DNA of 64,000 bases, from positions 18,377,081 to 18,441,080 of the forward strand of contig OZ037766.1 of the NCBI GenBank assembly GCA_964035545.1, written 5' to 3'. Position numbers and translations under genes: made by a program. This DNA is from Bugula neritina. Lineage: Eukaryota > Animalia > Bryozoa. This document shows, piece by piece, positions 26,677-42,500 of this stretch. The first letter of the stretch is position 1. Each line of letters opens with the position of its first letter. The notes beneath the pieces were generated by a model. It worked only from the letters and a program-made list of their open reading frames with translations. It searched no databases and had not been told where the DNA came from.

Positions 26677-29600
26677 CAGTGTATTTCAATATGTTACAGT
26701 GTATTTCAGTATGTTGCAGTATGTTGTAGTATATTTCAGTATCTTGCAGTATATCTCAGTATGTTACAGTTTATTTCAGTATGTTCCAGTATACTTCAGC
26801 GTGTTTCAGTATATTTCAGTATGCCACAGTGCATTTTCAGATTTTTCACTATACTTCAGTGAGTTTTAGTGTCTTTCAGGATGTTGCAGTATATTTCGGT
26901 ATCTTGCAACTTATTTCAATGTGTTGCATTGTATTTCAATATGTTACAGTGTATTTCAGTATGTTGCAGTATGTTGCAGTGTACTTCAGTATGTTACAGT
27001 GTATTTCAGTAGGTTTCAGTATCTTGCAGTATATTTCAGTGGGTTACAGTATATTCCAGCATGTTCCAGTATGTTACAGTATATTTCAGTATGTTGCAGT
27101 GTATTTCAGTATGTTACAGTGTATTTCAGTAGTTTGCAACATATTTCAGTAGGTTACCATATATTTCCGTATGTTGCAGCATATTTCAATGTGTTGCAGT
27201 GTATTTCAATATGTTACAGTGTATTTCAGTATGTTGCAGTATGTTGCAGTGTATTTCTGTATGTTACAGTGTATTTCAGTATGTTGCAGTATATTTCAGT
27301 ATGTTACAGTATGTTTCAGTATGTTGCAGTATATTTCCGTGGGTTATAGTATATTTCAGTATGATACAGCGTATTTCAGTATGTTACAGTACATTTCCGT
27401 AAATTACACTAAACTTCAGTGAGTTGTAGTATATTTCAGTATCTTGCATTATATCTCAGTATGTTCCAGTATATTTCAGTATGTTACAGTATATTTCAGT
27501 ATGTCACAGTGCATTTCCAGATATTACACTATACTTCAGTGAGTTCTAGTGTCTTTCAGTATGTTGCAGTATGTTGCAGCGTATTTCAGTATGTTACAGT
27601 GTATTTCAGTAGGTTTCAGTGTCTTGCAGTATATTTCAGCATGTTGCAGTATATTTCATTATGTTGCAGTATGTTGCAGTATGTTTCAGTAGTTTGCAAC
27701 ATATTTCAGTAGGTTAGTATATATTTCGGTATGTTGCAGCATATTTCAATGTGTTGCAGCGTATTTCAATATGTTACAGTGCATTTCAGTATGTTGCAGT
27801 ATGTTGCAGTATGCTGCAGTATGTTGCAGTGTATTTCTGTATGTTACAGTGTATTTCAGTATGTTGAAGTATATTCCAGTGTGTTGCAAGATATTTCAGT
27901 GGGTTATAGTATATTTCAGTATGATACAGCGTCTTTCAGTATGTTACAGTGTATTTCAGTATGTTGCAGTATTTTGCAATATGTTTCAGTATGTTACAGT
28001 GTATTTCAGTATGTTGCAGTATAATTCAGTATGTTACAATAAATTTCAGTATGTTACAGTACATTTTCGTAAATTACACTATACTTCAGGGAGTTGTAGT
28101 ATATTTCAGTATCTTGCAGTATATCTCAGTATGTTACAGTGCATTTTCAGATTTTTCACTATACTTCAGTGAGTTTTAGTGTCTTTCAGTATGTTGCAGT
28201 ATTTTTCGGTATCTTGCAACTTATTTCAATGTGTTGCAATGTATTTCAATATGTTACAGTGTATTTCAGTATGTTGCAATATGTTGCAGTGTATTTCAGT
28301 ATGTTACAGTGTATTTCAGTAGTTTTCAGTATCTTGCAGTATATTTCAGTATGTTGCAGTATATTTCAGTGGGTTACAGTATATTCCAGTATCTTCCAGT
28401 ATGTTGCAGTATGTTGCAGTATGTTGCAGTGTATTTCTGTATGTTACAGTGTATTTCAGTATGTTGCAGTGTATTTCAGTATGTTACAGTGTATTTCAGT
28501 ATGTTGCAGTATTTTGCAATGCATTTCAGTATGTTACAGTGTATTTCAGTATGTTGCGGTATATTTCAGTATGTTACAATAAATTTCAGTATGTTACAGT
28601 ACATTTCCGTAAATTACACTATACTTCAGTGAGTTGTAGTATATTTCAGTATCTTGCATTATATCTCAGTATGTTCCAGTATATTTCAGTATGTTACAGT
28701 ATATTTCAGTATGTCACAGTGCATTTCCAGATATTACACTATACTTCAGTGAGTTTTAGTGTCTTTCAGTATGTTGCAGTATGTTGCAGCGTATTTCAGT
28801 ATGTTACAGTGTATTTCAGTAGGTTTCAGTGTCTTGCAGTATATTTCAGCATGTTGCAGTATGTTTCATTATGTTGCAGTATGTTGCAGTATGTTTCAGT
28901 AGTTTGCATAATATTTCAGTAGGTTAGTATATATTTCGGTATGTTGCAGCATATTTCAATGTGTTGCAGCGTATTTCAATATGTTACAGTGCATTTCAGT
29001 ATGTTGCACTATGTTGCAGTATGCTGCAGTATGTTGCAGTGTATTTCTGTATGTTACAGTGTATTTCAGTATGTTGCAGTATATTTCAGTATGTTACAGT
29101 ATATTTCAGTATGTTGCAGTATATTTCAGTGGGTTATAGTATATTTCAGTATGATACAGCGTCTTTCAGTATGTTACAGTGTATTTCAGTATGTTGCAGT
29201 ATTTTGCAATATGTTTCAGTATGTTACAGTGTATTTCAGTATGTTGCAGTATAATTCAGTATGTTACAATAAATTTCAGTATGTTACAGTACATTTTTGT
29301 AAATTACACTATACTTCAGTGAGTTGTAGTATATTTCAGTATCTTGCAGTATATCTCAGTATGTTACAGTATATTTCAGTATGTTACAGTATATTTCACT
29401 GTGTTACAGTAAATTTCAATATGTTACAGTGCATTTGCAGATATTGCACTATACTTCAGTGAGTTTTAGTGCCTTTCAGTATGTTACAGTGTATTTCAGT
29501 ATGTTGCAGTATTTTGCAAAATATATCAGTATGTTACAGTGTATTTCAGTATGTTGCAGTATATTTCAGTATGTTACAATAAATTTCAGCATGTTACAGT

Positions 29601-32600
29601 GCATTTGCAGATATTACACTATACTTCAGTGAGTTTTAGTGTCTTTCAGTATGTTGCAGTATATTTCGGTATTTTGCAACATATTTCAATATGTTGCAAT
29701 GTATTTCAATATGTTACAGTGTATTTCAGTATGTTGCAGTATATTTCAGGATGTTGCAGTATATTTCAGTATGTTACAGTGTTTTGCAGTATTTTGCAGT
29801 ATATTTCAGTGTGTTACAGTATATTTCATTATGTTGCAGTATGTTGCAGTATATTTCAGTAGGTTACCATATATTTCGGTATGTTGCAGGATCTTTCAAA
29901 GTGTTGCAGTGTATTTCAATATGTTACAGTGTATTTCAGTATGTTGCAGTATGTTGCATTATGCTGCAGTGTATTTCTGTATGTTACAGTGTATTTCAGT
30001 ATGTTGCAGTACATTTCAGTATGTTACAGTATATTTCAGTATGTTGCAGTATATTTCAGTGGGTTATAGCATATTTCAGTATGATACAGCGTATTTCAGT
30101 ATGTTACAGTGTACTTCAGTATGTTGCAGTATTTTGCAATATATTTCAGTATGTTACAGTGTATTTCAGTATGTTGCAGTATATTTCAGTATGTTACATT
30201 AAATTTCAGTATGTTACAGTACATTTCCGTAAGTTACACTATACTTCAGGTAGTTGTAGCATATTTCAGTATCTTGCAGTATATCTCAGAATGTTACAGC
30301 ATATTTCATTGTGTTGCAGTGTATTTCAATATGTTACAGTGCATTTCAGTATGTTGCAGTATGTTGCAGTATGCTGCAGTATGTTGCAGTGTATTTCTGT
30401 ATGTTACAGTGTATTTCAGTATGTTGCAGTATATTTCAGTATGTTACAGTATATTTCAGTATGTTGCAGTATATTTCAGTTTGATACAATAAATTTCAGT
30501 ATGTTACAGTACATTTCCGTAAATTACACTATACTTCAGTGAGTTGTAGTATATTTCAGTATCTTCAGTATATCTCAGTATGTTACAGTATATTTCAGCG
30601 TGTTTCAGTATATTTCAGTATGACACAGTGCATTTCCAGATATTACGCTATACTTCAGTGAGTTTTAGTGTCTTTCAGTATGTTGCAGTATATTTCGGTA
30701 TTTGCAACATATTTCAATATGTTGCAATGTATTTCAATATGTTACAGTGTATTTCAGTATCTTACAGTACATTTCCGTAAATTACACTACACTTCAGTGA
30801 GTTGTAGTATATTTCAGTATCTTGCAGTATGTCTCAGTATGTTACAGTATATTTCAGTATGTTACAGTATATTTCAGTGTGTTACAGTAAATGTCAGTAT
30901 GTTACAGTGCATTTGCAGATATTACACTATACTTCAGTGAGTTTTAGTGTCTTTCAGTATGTTGCAGTATATTTCAGTATGTTGCAGTATTTTGCAACAT
31001 ATTTTAGTATGTTACGGTGTATTTCAGTACGTTGCAGTATATTTCAGTATGATACAATAAATTTCAGTGTGTTACAGTACATTTTTGCAAATTACAGTAT
31101 ACTTCAGTGAGTTGTAGTATATTTCAGTATCTTGCAGTATATCTCAGTATGTTACAGTTTATTTCAGTATGTTCCAGTATATTTCAGCGTGTTTCAGTAT
31201 ATTTCAGTATGCCACAGTGCATTTTCAGATTTTTCACTATACTTCAGTGAGTTTTAGTGTCTTTCAGGATGTTGCAGTATATTTCGGTATCTTGCAACTT
31301 ATTTCAATGTGTTGCATTGTATTTCAATATGTTACAGTGTATTTCAGTATGTTGCAGTATGTTGCAGTGTACTTCAGTATGTTACAGTGTATTTCAGTAG
31401 GTTTCAGTATCTTGCAGTATATTTCAGTATGTTGCAGTATTTTTCAGTGGGTTACAGTATATTCCAGCATGTTCCAGTATGTTGCAGTATATTTCAGTAT
31501 GTTGCAGTGTATTTCAGTATGTTACAGTGTATTTCAGTAGTTTGCAACATATTTCAGTAGGTTACCATATATTTCCGTATGTTGCAGCATATTTCAATGT
31601 GTTCCAGTGTATTTCAATATGTTACAGTGTATTTCAGTATGTTGCAGTATGTTGTAGTATATTTCAGTATCTTGCAGTATATCTCAGTATGTTACAGTTT
31701 ATTTCAGTATGTTCCAGTATACTTCAGCGTGTTTCAGTATATTTCAGTATGCCACAGTGCATTTTCAGATTTTTCACTATACTTCAGTGAGTTTTAGTGT
31801 CTTTCAGGATGTTGCAGTATATTTCGGTATCTTGCAACTTATTTCAATGTGTTGCATTGTATTTCAATATGTTACAGTGTATTTCAGTATGTTGCAGTAT
31901 GTTGCAGTGTACTTCAGTATGTTACAGTGTATTTCAGTAGGTTTCAGTATCTTGCAGTATATTTCAGTGGGTTACAGTATATTCCAGCATGTTCCAGTAT
32001 GTTACAGTATATTTCAGTATGTTGCAGTGTATTTCAGTATGTTACAGTGTATTTCAGTAGTTTGCAACATATTTCAGTAGGTTACCATATATTTCCGTAT
32101 GTTGCAGCATATTTCAATGTGTTGCAGTGTATTTCAATATGTTACAGTGTATTTCAGTATGTTGCAGTATGTTGCAGTGTATTTCTGTATGTTACAGTGT
32201 ATTTCAGTATGTTGCAGTATATTTCAGTATGTTACAGTATGTTTCAGTATGTTGCAGTATATTTCCGTGGGTTATAGTATATTTCAGTATGATACAGCGT
32301 ATTTCAGTATGTTACAGTACATTTCCGTAAATTACACTAAACTTCAGTGAGTTGTAGTATATTTCAGTATCTTGCATTATATCTCAGTATGTTCCAGTAT
32401 ATTTCAGTATGTTACAGTATATTTCAGTATGTCACAGTGCATTTCCAGATATTACACTATACTTCAGTGAGTTCTAGTGTCTTTCAGTATGTTGCAGTAT
32501 GTTGCAGCGTATTTCAGTATGTTACAGTGTATTTCAGTAGGTTTCAGTGTCTTGCAGTATATTTCAGCATGTTGCAGTATATTTCATTATGTTGCAGTAT

Positions 32601-35600
32601 GTTGCAGTATGTTTCAGTAGTTTGCAACATATTTCAGTAGGTTAGTATATATTTCGGTATGTTGCAGCATATTTCAATGTGTTGCAGCGTATTTCAATAT
32701 GTTACAGTGCATTTCAGTATGTTGCAGTATGTTGCAGTATGCTGCAGTATGTTGCAGTGTATTTCTGTATGTTACAGTGTATTTCAGTATGTTGAAGTAT
32801 ATTCCAGTGTGTTGCAAGATATTTCAGTGGGTTATAGTATATTTCAGTATGATACAGCGTCTTTCAGTATGTTACAGTGTATTTCAGTATGTTGCAGTAT
32901 TTTGCAATATGTTTCAGTATGTTACAGTGTATTTCAGTATGTTGCAGTATAATTCAGTATGTTACAATAAATTTCAGTATGTTACAGTACATTTTCGTAA
33001 ATTACACTATACTTCAGGGAGTTGTAGTATATTTCAGTATCTTGCAGTATATCTCAGTATGTTACAGTGCATTTTCAGATTTTTCACTATACTTCAGTGA
33101 GTTTTAGTGTCTTTCAGTATGTTGCAGTATTTTTCGGTATCTTGCAACTTATTTCAATGTGTTGCAATGTATTTCAATATGTTACAGTGTATTTCAGTAT
33201 GTTGCAATATGTTGCAGTGTATTTCAGTATGTTACAGTGTATTTCAGTAGTTTTCAGTATCTTGCAGTATATTTCAGTATGTTGCAGTATATTTCAGTGG
33301 GTTACAGTATATTCCAGTATCTTCCAGTATGTTGCAGTATGTTGCAGTATGTTGCAGTGTATTTCTGTATGTTACAGTGTATTTCAGTATGTTGCAGTGT
33401 ATTTCAGTATGTTACAGTGTATTTCAGTATGTTGCAGTATTTTGCAATGCATTTCAGTATGTTACAGTGTATTTCAGTATGTTGCGGTATATTTCAGTAT
33501 GTTACAATAAATTTCAGTATGTTACAGTACATTTCCGTAAATTACACTATACTTCAGTGAGTTGTAGTATATTTCAGTATCTTGCATTATATCTCAGTAT
33601 GTTCCAGTATATTTCAGTATGTTACAGTATATTTCAGTATGTCACAGTGCATTTCCAGATATTACACTATACTTCAGTGAGTTTTAGTGTCTTTCAGTAT
33701 GTTGCAGTATGTTGCAGCGTATTTCAGTATGTTACAGTGTATTTCAGTAGGTTTCAGTGTCTTGCAGTATATTTCAGCATGTTGCAGTATGTTTCATTAT
33801 GTTGCAGTATGTTGCAGTATGTTTCAGTAGTTTGCATAATATTTCAGTAGGTTAGTATATATTTCGGTATGTTGCAGCATATTTCAATGTGTTGCAGCGT
33901 ATTTCAATATGTTACAGTGCATTTCAGTATGTTGCACTATGTTGCAGTATGCTGCAGTATGTTGCAGTGTATTTCTGTATGTTACAGTGTATTTCAGTAT
34001 GTTGCAGTATATTTCAGTATGTTACAGTATATTTCAGTATGTTGCAGTATATTTCAGTGGGTTATAGTATATTTCAGTATGATACAGCGTCTTTCAGTAT
34101 GTTACAGTGTATTTCAGTATGTTGCAGTATTTTGCAATATGTTTCAGTATGTTACAGTGTATTTCAGTATGTTGCAGTATAATTCAGTATGTTACAATAA
34201 ATTTCAGTATGTTACAGTACATTTTTGTAAATTACACTATACTTCAGTGAGTTGTAGTATATTTCAGTATCTTGCAGTATATCTCAGTATGTTACAGTAT
34301 ATTTCAGTATGTTACAGTATATTTCACTGTGTTACAGTAAATTTCAATATGTTACAGTGCATTTGCAGATATTGCACTATACTTCAGTGAGTTTTAGTGC
34401 CTTTCAGTATGTTACAGTGTATTTCAGTATGTTGCAGTATTTTGCAAAATATATCAGTATGTTACAGTGTATTTCAGTATGTTGCAGTATATTTCAGTAT
34501 GTTACAATAAATTTCAGCATGTTACAGTGCATTTGCAGATATTACACTATACTTCAGTGAGTTTTAGTGTCTTTCAGTATGTTGCAGTATATTTCGGTAT
34601 TTTGCAACATATTTCAATATGTTGCAATGTATTTCAATATGTTACAGTGTATTTCAGTATGTTGCAGTATATTTCAGGATGTTGCAGTATATTTCAGTAT
34701 GTTACAGTGTTTTGCAGTATTTTGCAGTATATTTCAGTGTGTTACAGTATATTTCATTATGTTGCAGTATGTTGCAGTATATTTCAGTAGGTTACCATAT
34801 ATTTCGGTATGTTGCAGGATCTTTCAAAGTGTTGCAGTGTATTTCAATATGTTACAGTGTATTTCAGTATGTTGCAGTATGTTGCATTATGCTGCAGTGT
34901 ATTTCTGTATGTTACAGTGTATTTCAGTATGTTGCAGTACATTTCAGTATGTTACAGTATATTTCAGTATGTTGCAGTATATTTCAGTGGGTTATAGCAT
35001 ATTTCAGTATGATACAGCGTATTTCAGTATGTTACAGTGTACTTCAGTATGTTGCAGTATTTTGCAATATATTTCAGTATGTTACAGTGTATTTCAGTAT
35101 GTTGCAGTATATTTCAGTATGTTACATTAAATTTCAGTATGTTACAGTACATTTCCGTAAGTTACACTATACTTCAGGTAGTTGTAGCATATTTCAGTAT
35201 CTTGCAGTATATCTCAGAATGTTACAGCATATTTCATTGTGTTGCAGTGTATTTCAATATGTTACAGTGCATTTCAGTATGTTGCAGTATGTTGCAGTAT
35301 GCTGCAGTATGTTGCAGTGTATTTCTGTATGTTACAGTGTATTTCAGTATGTTGCAGTATATTTCAGTATGTTACAGTATATTTCAGTATGTTGCAGTAT
35401 ATTTCAGTTTGATACAATAAATTTCAGTATGTTACAGTACATTTCCGTAAATTACACTATACTTCAGTGAGTTGTAGTATATTTCAGTATCTTCAGTATA
35501 TCTCAGTATGTTACAGTATATTTCAGCGTGTTTCAGTATATTTCAGTATGACACAGTGCATTTCCAGATATTACGCTATACTTCAGTGAGTTTTAGTGTC

Positions 35601-36558
35601 TTTCAGTATGTTGCAGTATATTTCGGTATTTGCAACATATTTCAATATGTTGCAATGTATTTCAATATGTTACAGTGTATTTCAGTATCTTACAGTACAT
35701 TTCCGTAAATTACACTACACTTCAGTGAGTTGTAGTATATTTCAGTATCTTGCAGTATATCTCAGTATGTTACAGTATATTTCAGTATGTTACAGTATAT
35801 TTCAGTGTGTTACAGTAAATGTCAGTATGTTACAGTGCATTTGCAGATATTACACTATACTTCAGTGAGTTTTAGTGTCTTTCAGTATGTTGCAGTATAT
35901 TTCAGTATGTTGCAGTATTTTGCAACATATTTTAGTATGTTACGGTGTATTTCAGTACGTTGCAGTATATTTCAGTATGATACAATAAATTTCAGTGTGT
36001 TACAGTACATTTTTGCAAATTACAGTATACTTCAGTGAGTTGTAGTATATTTCAGTATCTTGCAGTATATCTCAGTATGTTACAGTTTATTTCAGTATGT
36101 TCCAGTATATTTCAGCGTGTTTCAGTATATTTCAGTATGCCACAGTGCATTTTCAGATTTTTCACTATACTTCAGTGAGTTTTAGTGTCTTTCAGGATGT
36201 TGCAGTATATTTCGGTATCTTGCAACTTATTTCAATGTGTTGCATTGTATTTCAATATGTTACAGTGTATTTCAGTATGTTGCAGTATGTTGCAGTGTAC
36301 TTCAGTATGTTACAGTGTATTTCAGTAGGTTTCAGTATCTTGCAGTATATTTCAGTATGTTGCAGTATTTTTCAGTGGGTTACAGTATATTCCAGCATGT
36401 TCCAGTATGTTGCAGTATATTTCAGTATGTTGCAGTGTATTTCAGTATGTTACAGTGTATTTCAGTAGTTTGCAACATATTTCAGTAGGTTACCATATAT
36501 TTCCGTATGTTGCAGCATATTTCAATGTGTTCCAGTGTATTTCAATATGTTACAGTGT
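26677..36558 (+). repeat. Near-perfect tandem duplication, period 4928 bp (2 copies)
   Basis: Matching blocks 26781/31709, 28139/33067, 29691/34619, 31169/36097; two shared 1-bp deletions per copy. Confidence 0.92.
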
Positions 36559-39500
36559 GTTTCAGTATGTTGCAGTATGTTGCAGTGTATTTCTGTATGT
36601 TACAGTGTATTTCAGTATGTTGCAGTATATTTCAGTATGTTACAGTATGTTTCAGTATGTTGCAGTATATTTCCGTGGGTTATAGTATATTTCAGTATGA
36701 TACAGCGTATTTCAGTATGTTACAGTGTATTTCAGTATGTTGCAGTATTTTGCAATGCATTTCAGTATATTACAGTGTATTTCAGTATGTTGCAGTATAT
36801 TTCAGTATGTTACAATAAGTTTCAGTATGTTACAGTACTTTTCTGTAAATTACACTATACTTCAGTGAGTTGTAGTATATTTCAGTATCTTGCAGTATAT
36901 CTCAGTATGTTACAGTATATTTCAGTATGTTACAGTATATTTCAGTGTGTTACAGTATGTTGCAGTATATTTCAGCAGTTTCCAACATATTTCAGTAGGT
37001 TACCATATATTTCGGTATGTTGCAGCACATTTCAATGTGTTGCAGAGTATTTCAATACGTTACAGTGTATTTCAGTATGTTGAAGTATATTCCAGTGTGT
37101 TGCAAAATATTTCAGTGGGTTATAGTATATTTCAGTATGATACAGCGTCTTTCAGTATGTTACAGTGTATTTCAGTATGTTGCAGTATTTTGCAATATGT
37201 TTCAGTATGTTACAGTGTATTTCAGTATGTTGCAGTATAATTCAGTATGGTACAATAAATTTCAGTATGTTACAGTACATTTTCGTAAATTACACTATAC
37301 TTCAGGGAGTTGTAGTATATTTCAGTATCTTGCAGTATATCTCAGTATGTTACAGTGCATTTTCAGATTTTTCACTATACTTCAGTGAGTTTTAGTGTCT
37401 TTCAGTATGTTGCAGTATTTTTCGGTATCTTGCAACTTATTTCAATGTGTTGCAATGTATTTCAATATGTTACAGTGTATTTCAGTATGTTGCAATATGT
37501 TGCAGTGTATTTCAGTATGTTACAGTGTATTTCAGTAGTTTTCAGTATCTTGCAGTATATTTCAGTATGTTGCAGTATATTTCAGTGGGTTACAGTATAT
37601 TCCAGTATCTTCCAGTATGTTGCAGTATGTTGCAGTATGTTGCAGTGTATTTCTGTATGTTACAGTGTATTTCAGTATGTTGCAGTGTATTTCAGTATGT
37701 TACAGTGTATTTCAGTATGTTGCAGTATTTTGCAATGCATTTCAGTATGTTACAGTGTATTTCAGTATGTTGCGGTATATTTCAGTATGTTACAATAAAT
37801 TTCAGTATGTTACAGTACATTTCCGTAAATTACACTATACTTCAGTGAGTTGTAGTATATTTCAGTATCTTGCATTATATCTCAGTATGTTCCAGTATAT
37901 TTCAGTATGTTACAGTATATTTCAGTATGTCACAGTGCATTTTCAGATATTACACTATACTTCAGTGAGTTTTAGTGTCTTTCAGTATGTTGCAGTATGT
38001 TGCAGCGTATATCAGTATGTTACAGTGTATTTCAGTAGGTTTCAGTGTCTTGCAGTATATTTCAGCATGTTGCCGTATGTTTCATTATGTTGCAGTATGT
38101 TGCAGTATGTTTCAGTAGTTTGCATAATATTTCAGTAGGTTAGTATATATTTCGGTATGTTGCAGCATATTTCAATGTGTTGCAGCGTATTTCAATATGT
38201 TACAGTGCATTTCAGTATGTTGCAGTATGTTGCAGTATGCTGCAGTATGTTGCATTGTATTTCTGTATGTTACAGTGTATTTCAGTATGTTGCAGTATAT
38301 TTCAGTATGTTACAGTATATTTCAGTATGTTGCAGTATATTTCAGTGGGTTATAGTATATTTCAGTATGATACAGCGTCTTTCAGTATGTTACAGTGTAT
38401 TTCAGTATGTTGCAGTATTTTGCAATATGTTTCAGTATGTTACAGTGTATTTCAGTATGTTGCAGTATAATTCAGTATGTTACAATAAATTTCAGTATGT
38501 TACAGTACATTTTTGTAAATTACACTATACTTCAGTGAGTTGTAGTATATTTCAGTATCTTGCAGTATATCTCAGTATGTTACAGTATATTTCAGTATGT
38601 TACAGTATATTTCACTGTGTTACAGTAAATTTCAATATGTTACAGTGCATTTGCAGATATTGCACTATACTTCAGTGAGTTTTAGTGCCTTTCAGTATGT
38701 TACAGTGTATTTCAGTATGTTGCAGTATTTTGCAGAATATATCAGTATGTTACAGTGTATTTCAGTATGTTGCAGTATATTTCAGTATGTTACAATAAAT
38801 TTCAGCATGTTACAGTGCATTTGCAGATATTACACTATACTTCAGTGAGTTTTAGTGTCTTTCAGTATGTTGCAGTATATTTCGGTATTTTGCAACATAT
38901 TTCAATATGTTGCAATGTATTTCAATATGTTACAGTGTATTTCAGTATGTTGCAGTATATTTCAGGATGTTGCAGTATATTTCAGTATGTTACAGTGTTT
39001 TGCAGTATTTTGCAGTATATTTCAGTGTGTTACAGTATATTTCATTATGTTGCAGTATGTTGCAGTATATTTCAGTAGGTTACCATATATTTCGGTATGT
39101 TGCAGGATCTTTCAAAGTGTTGCAGTGTATTTCAATATGTTACAGTGTATTTCAGTATGTTGCAGTATGTTGCATTATGCTGCGGTGTATTTCTGTATGT
39201 TACAGTGTATTTCAGTATGTTGCAGTACATTTCAGTATGTTACAGTATATTTCAGTATGTTGCAGTATATTTCAGTGGGTTATAGCATATTTCAGTATGA
39301 TACAGCGTATTTCAGTATGTTACAGTGTACTTCAGTATGTTGCAGTATTTTGCAATATATTTCAGTATGTTACAGTGTATTTCAGTATGTTGCAGTATAT
39401 TTCAGTATGTTACATTAAATTTCAGTATGTTACAGTACATTTCCGTAAGTTACACTATACTTCAGGTAGTTGTAGCATATTTCAGTATCTTGCAGTATAT

Positions 39501-42500
39501 CTCAGAATGTTACAGCATATTTCATTGTGTTGCAGTGTATTTCAATATGTTACAGTGTATTTCAGTATGTTGCAGTATGTTGCAGTATGCTGCAGTATGT
39601 TGCAGTGTATTTCTGTATGTTACAGTGTATTTCAGTATGTTGCAGTATATTTCAGTATGTTACAGTATATTTCAGTATGTTGCAGTATATTTCAGTGGGT
39701 TATAGTACATTTCCGTATGATACAGCGTCTTTCAGTATGTTACAGTGTATTTCAGTATGTTGCAGTATTTTGCAATATGTTGCAGTATGTTCCAGTGTAT
39801 TTCAGTATGTTGCAGTATAATTCTGTATGTTACAATAAATTTCAGTATGTTACAGCACATTTTCGTAAATGACATTATACTTCAGTGAGTTGTAGTATAT
39901 TTCAGTATCTTGCAGTATATCTCAGTATGTTACAGTATATTTCAGTATGTTACAGTATATTTCAGTGTGTAACAGTAAATTTCAATATGTTACAGTGCTT
40001 TTGCAGATATTACACTATACTTCACTGAGTTTTAGTGCCTTTCAGTATGTTACAGTGTATTTTGGTATGTTGCAGTATTTTGCAATATATATCAGTATGT
40101 TACAGTGTATTTCAGTATGTTGCAGTATATTTCAGTATGTTACATTAAATTTCAGTATTTTACAGTATATTTCCGTAAATTACACTATACTTCAGTGAGT
40201 TGTAGTATATTTCAGTATCTTGCAGTATATCTCAGTATGTTACAGTATATTTCAGTATGTTACAGTATGTTTCAGTTTGTTACAGTAAATTTCAGTATGT
40301 TACAGTGCATTTGCAGATATTACACTATACTTCAGTGAGTTTTAGTGTCTTTCATTATGTTGCAGTATATTTCAGTATGTTGCAGTATTTTGCAATACAT
40401 TTTATTATGTTACAGTGTATTTCAGTATGTTGCAGTATATTTCAGTTTGATACAATAAATTTCAGTATGTTACAGTACATTTCCGTAAATTACACTATAC
40501 TTCAGTGAGTTGTAGTATATTTCAGTATCTTCAGTATATCTCAGTATGTTACAGTATATTTCAGCGTGTTTCAGTATATTTCAGTATGACACAGTGCATT
40601 TCCAGATATTACGCTATACTTCAGTGAGTTTTAGTGTCTTTCAGTATGTTGCAGTATATTTCGGTATTTTGCAACATATTTCAATATGTTGCAATGTATT
40701 TCAATATGTTACAGTGTATTTCAGTATCTTACAGTACATTTCCGTAAATTACACTACACTTCAGTGAGTTGTAGTATATTTCAGTATCTTGCAGTATATC
40801 TCAGTATGTTACAGTATATTTCAGTATGTTACAGTATATTTCAGTGTGTTACAGTAAATTTCAGTATGTTACAGTGCATTTGCAGATATTACACTATACT
40901 TTAGTGAGTTTTAGTGTCTTTCAGTATCTTGCAGTATATTTCAGTATGTTGCAATAATTTGCAATATATTTTCGTATGTTACAGTGTATTTCAGTACCTT
41001 GCAGTATATTTCAGTATGATACAATAAATTTCAGTGTGTTACAGTACATTTCTGCAAATTACACTATACTTCAGTGAGTTGTAGTATATTTCAGTATCTT
41101 ACAGTATATCTCAGTATGTTACAGTTGATTTCCGTATGTTCCAGTATATTTCAGCGTGTTTCAGTATATTTCAGGATGCCACAGTGCATTTTCAGATTTT
41201 TCACTATACTTCAGTGAGTTTTAGTGTCTTTCAGTATGTTGCAGTATATTTCGGTATCTTGCAACTTATTTCAATGTGTTGCAATGTAATTCAATATGTT
41301 ACAGTGTATTTCAGTATGTTACAGTGTATTTCAGCATGTTGCAGTATATTTCATTATGTTGCAGTATGTTGCAGTATGTTTCAGTAGTTTGCAACATATT
41401 TCAGTAGGTTAGTATATATTTCGGTATGTTGCAGCATATTTCAATGTGTTGCAGTGTATTTCAATATGTTACAGTGTATTTCAGTATGTTGCAGTATGTT
41501 GTAGTATATTTCAGTATCTTGCAGTATATCTCAGTATGTTACAGTTTATTTCAGAATGTTCCAGTATATTTCAGCGTGTTTCAGTATATTTCAGTATGCC
41601 ACAGTGCATTTTCAGATTTTTCACTATACTTCAGTGAGTTTTAGTGTCTTTCAGGATGTTGCAGTATATTTCGGTATCTTGCAACTTATTTCAATGTGTT
41701 GCATTGTATTTCAATATGTTACAGTGTATTTCAGTATGTTGCAGTATGTTGCAGTGTACTTCAGTATGTTACAGTGTATTTCAGTAGGTTTCAGTATCTT
41801 GCAGTATATTTCAGTGGGTTACAGTATATTCCAGCATGTTCCAGTATGTTACAGTATATTTCAGTATGTTGCAGTGTATTTCAGTATGTTACAGTGTATT
41901 TCAGTAGTTTGCAACATATTTCAGTAGGTTACCATATATTTCCATATGTTGCAGCATATTTCAATGTGTTGCAGTGTATTTCAATATGTTACATTGTATT
42001 TCAGTATGTTGCAGTATGTTGCAGTGTATTTCTGTATGTTACAGTGTATTTCAGTATGTTGCAGTATATTTCAGTATGTTACAGTATGTTTCAGTATGTT
42101 GCAGTATATTTCCGTGGGTTATAGTATATTTCAGTATGATACAGCGTATTTCAGTATGTTACAGTACATTTCCGTAAATTACACTAAACTTCAGTGAGTT
42201 GTAGTATATTTCAGTATCTTGCATTATATCTCAGTATGTTCCAGTATATTTCAGTATGTTACAGTATATTTCAGTATGTCACAGTGCATTTCCAGATATT
42301 ACACTATACTTCAGTGAGTTCTAGTGTCTTTCAGTATGTTGCAGTATGTTGCAGCGTATTTCAGTATGTTACAGTGTATTTCAGTAGGTTTCAGTGTCTT
42401 GCAGTATATTTCAGCATGTTGCAGTATATTTCATTATGTTGCAGTATGTTGCAGTATGTTTCAGTAGTTTGCAACACATTTCAGTAGGTTAGTATATATT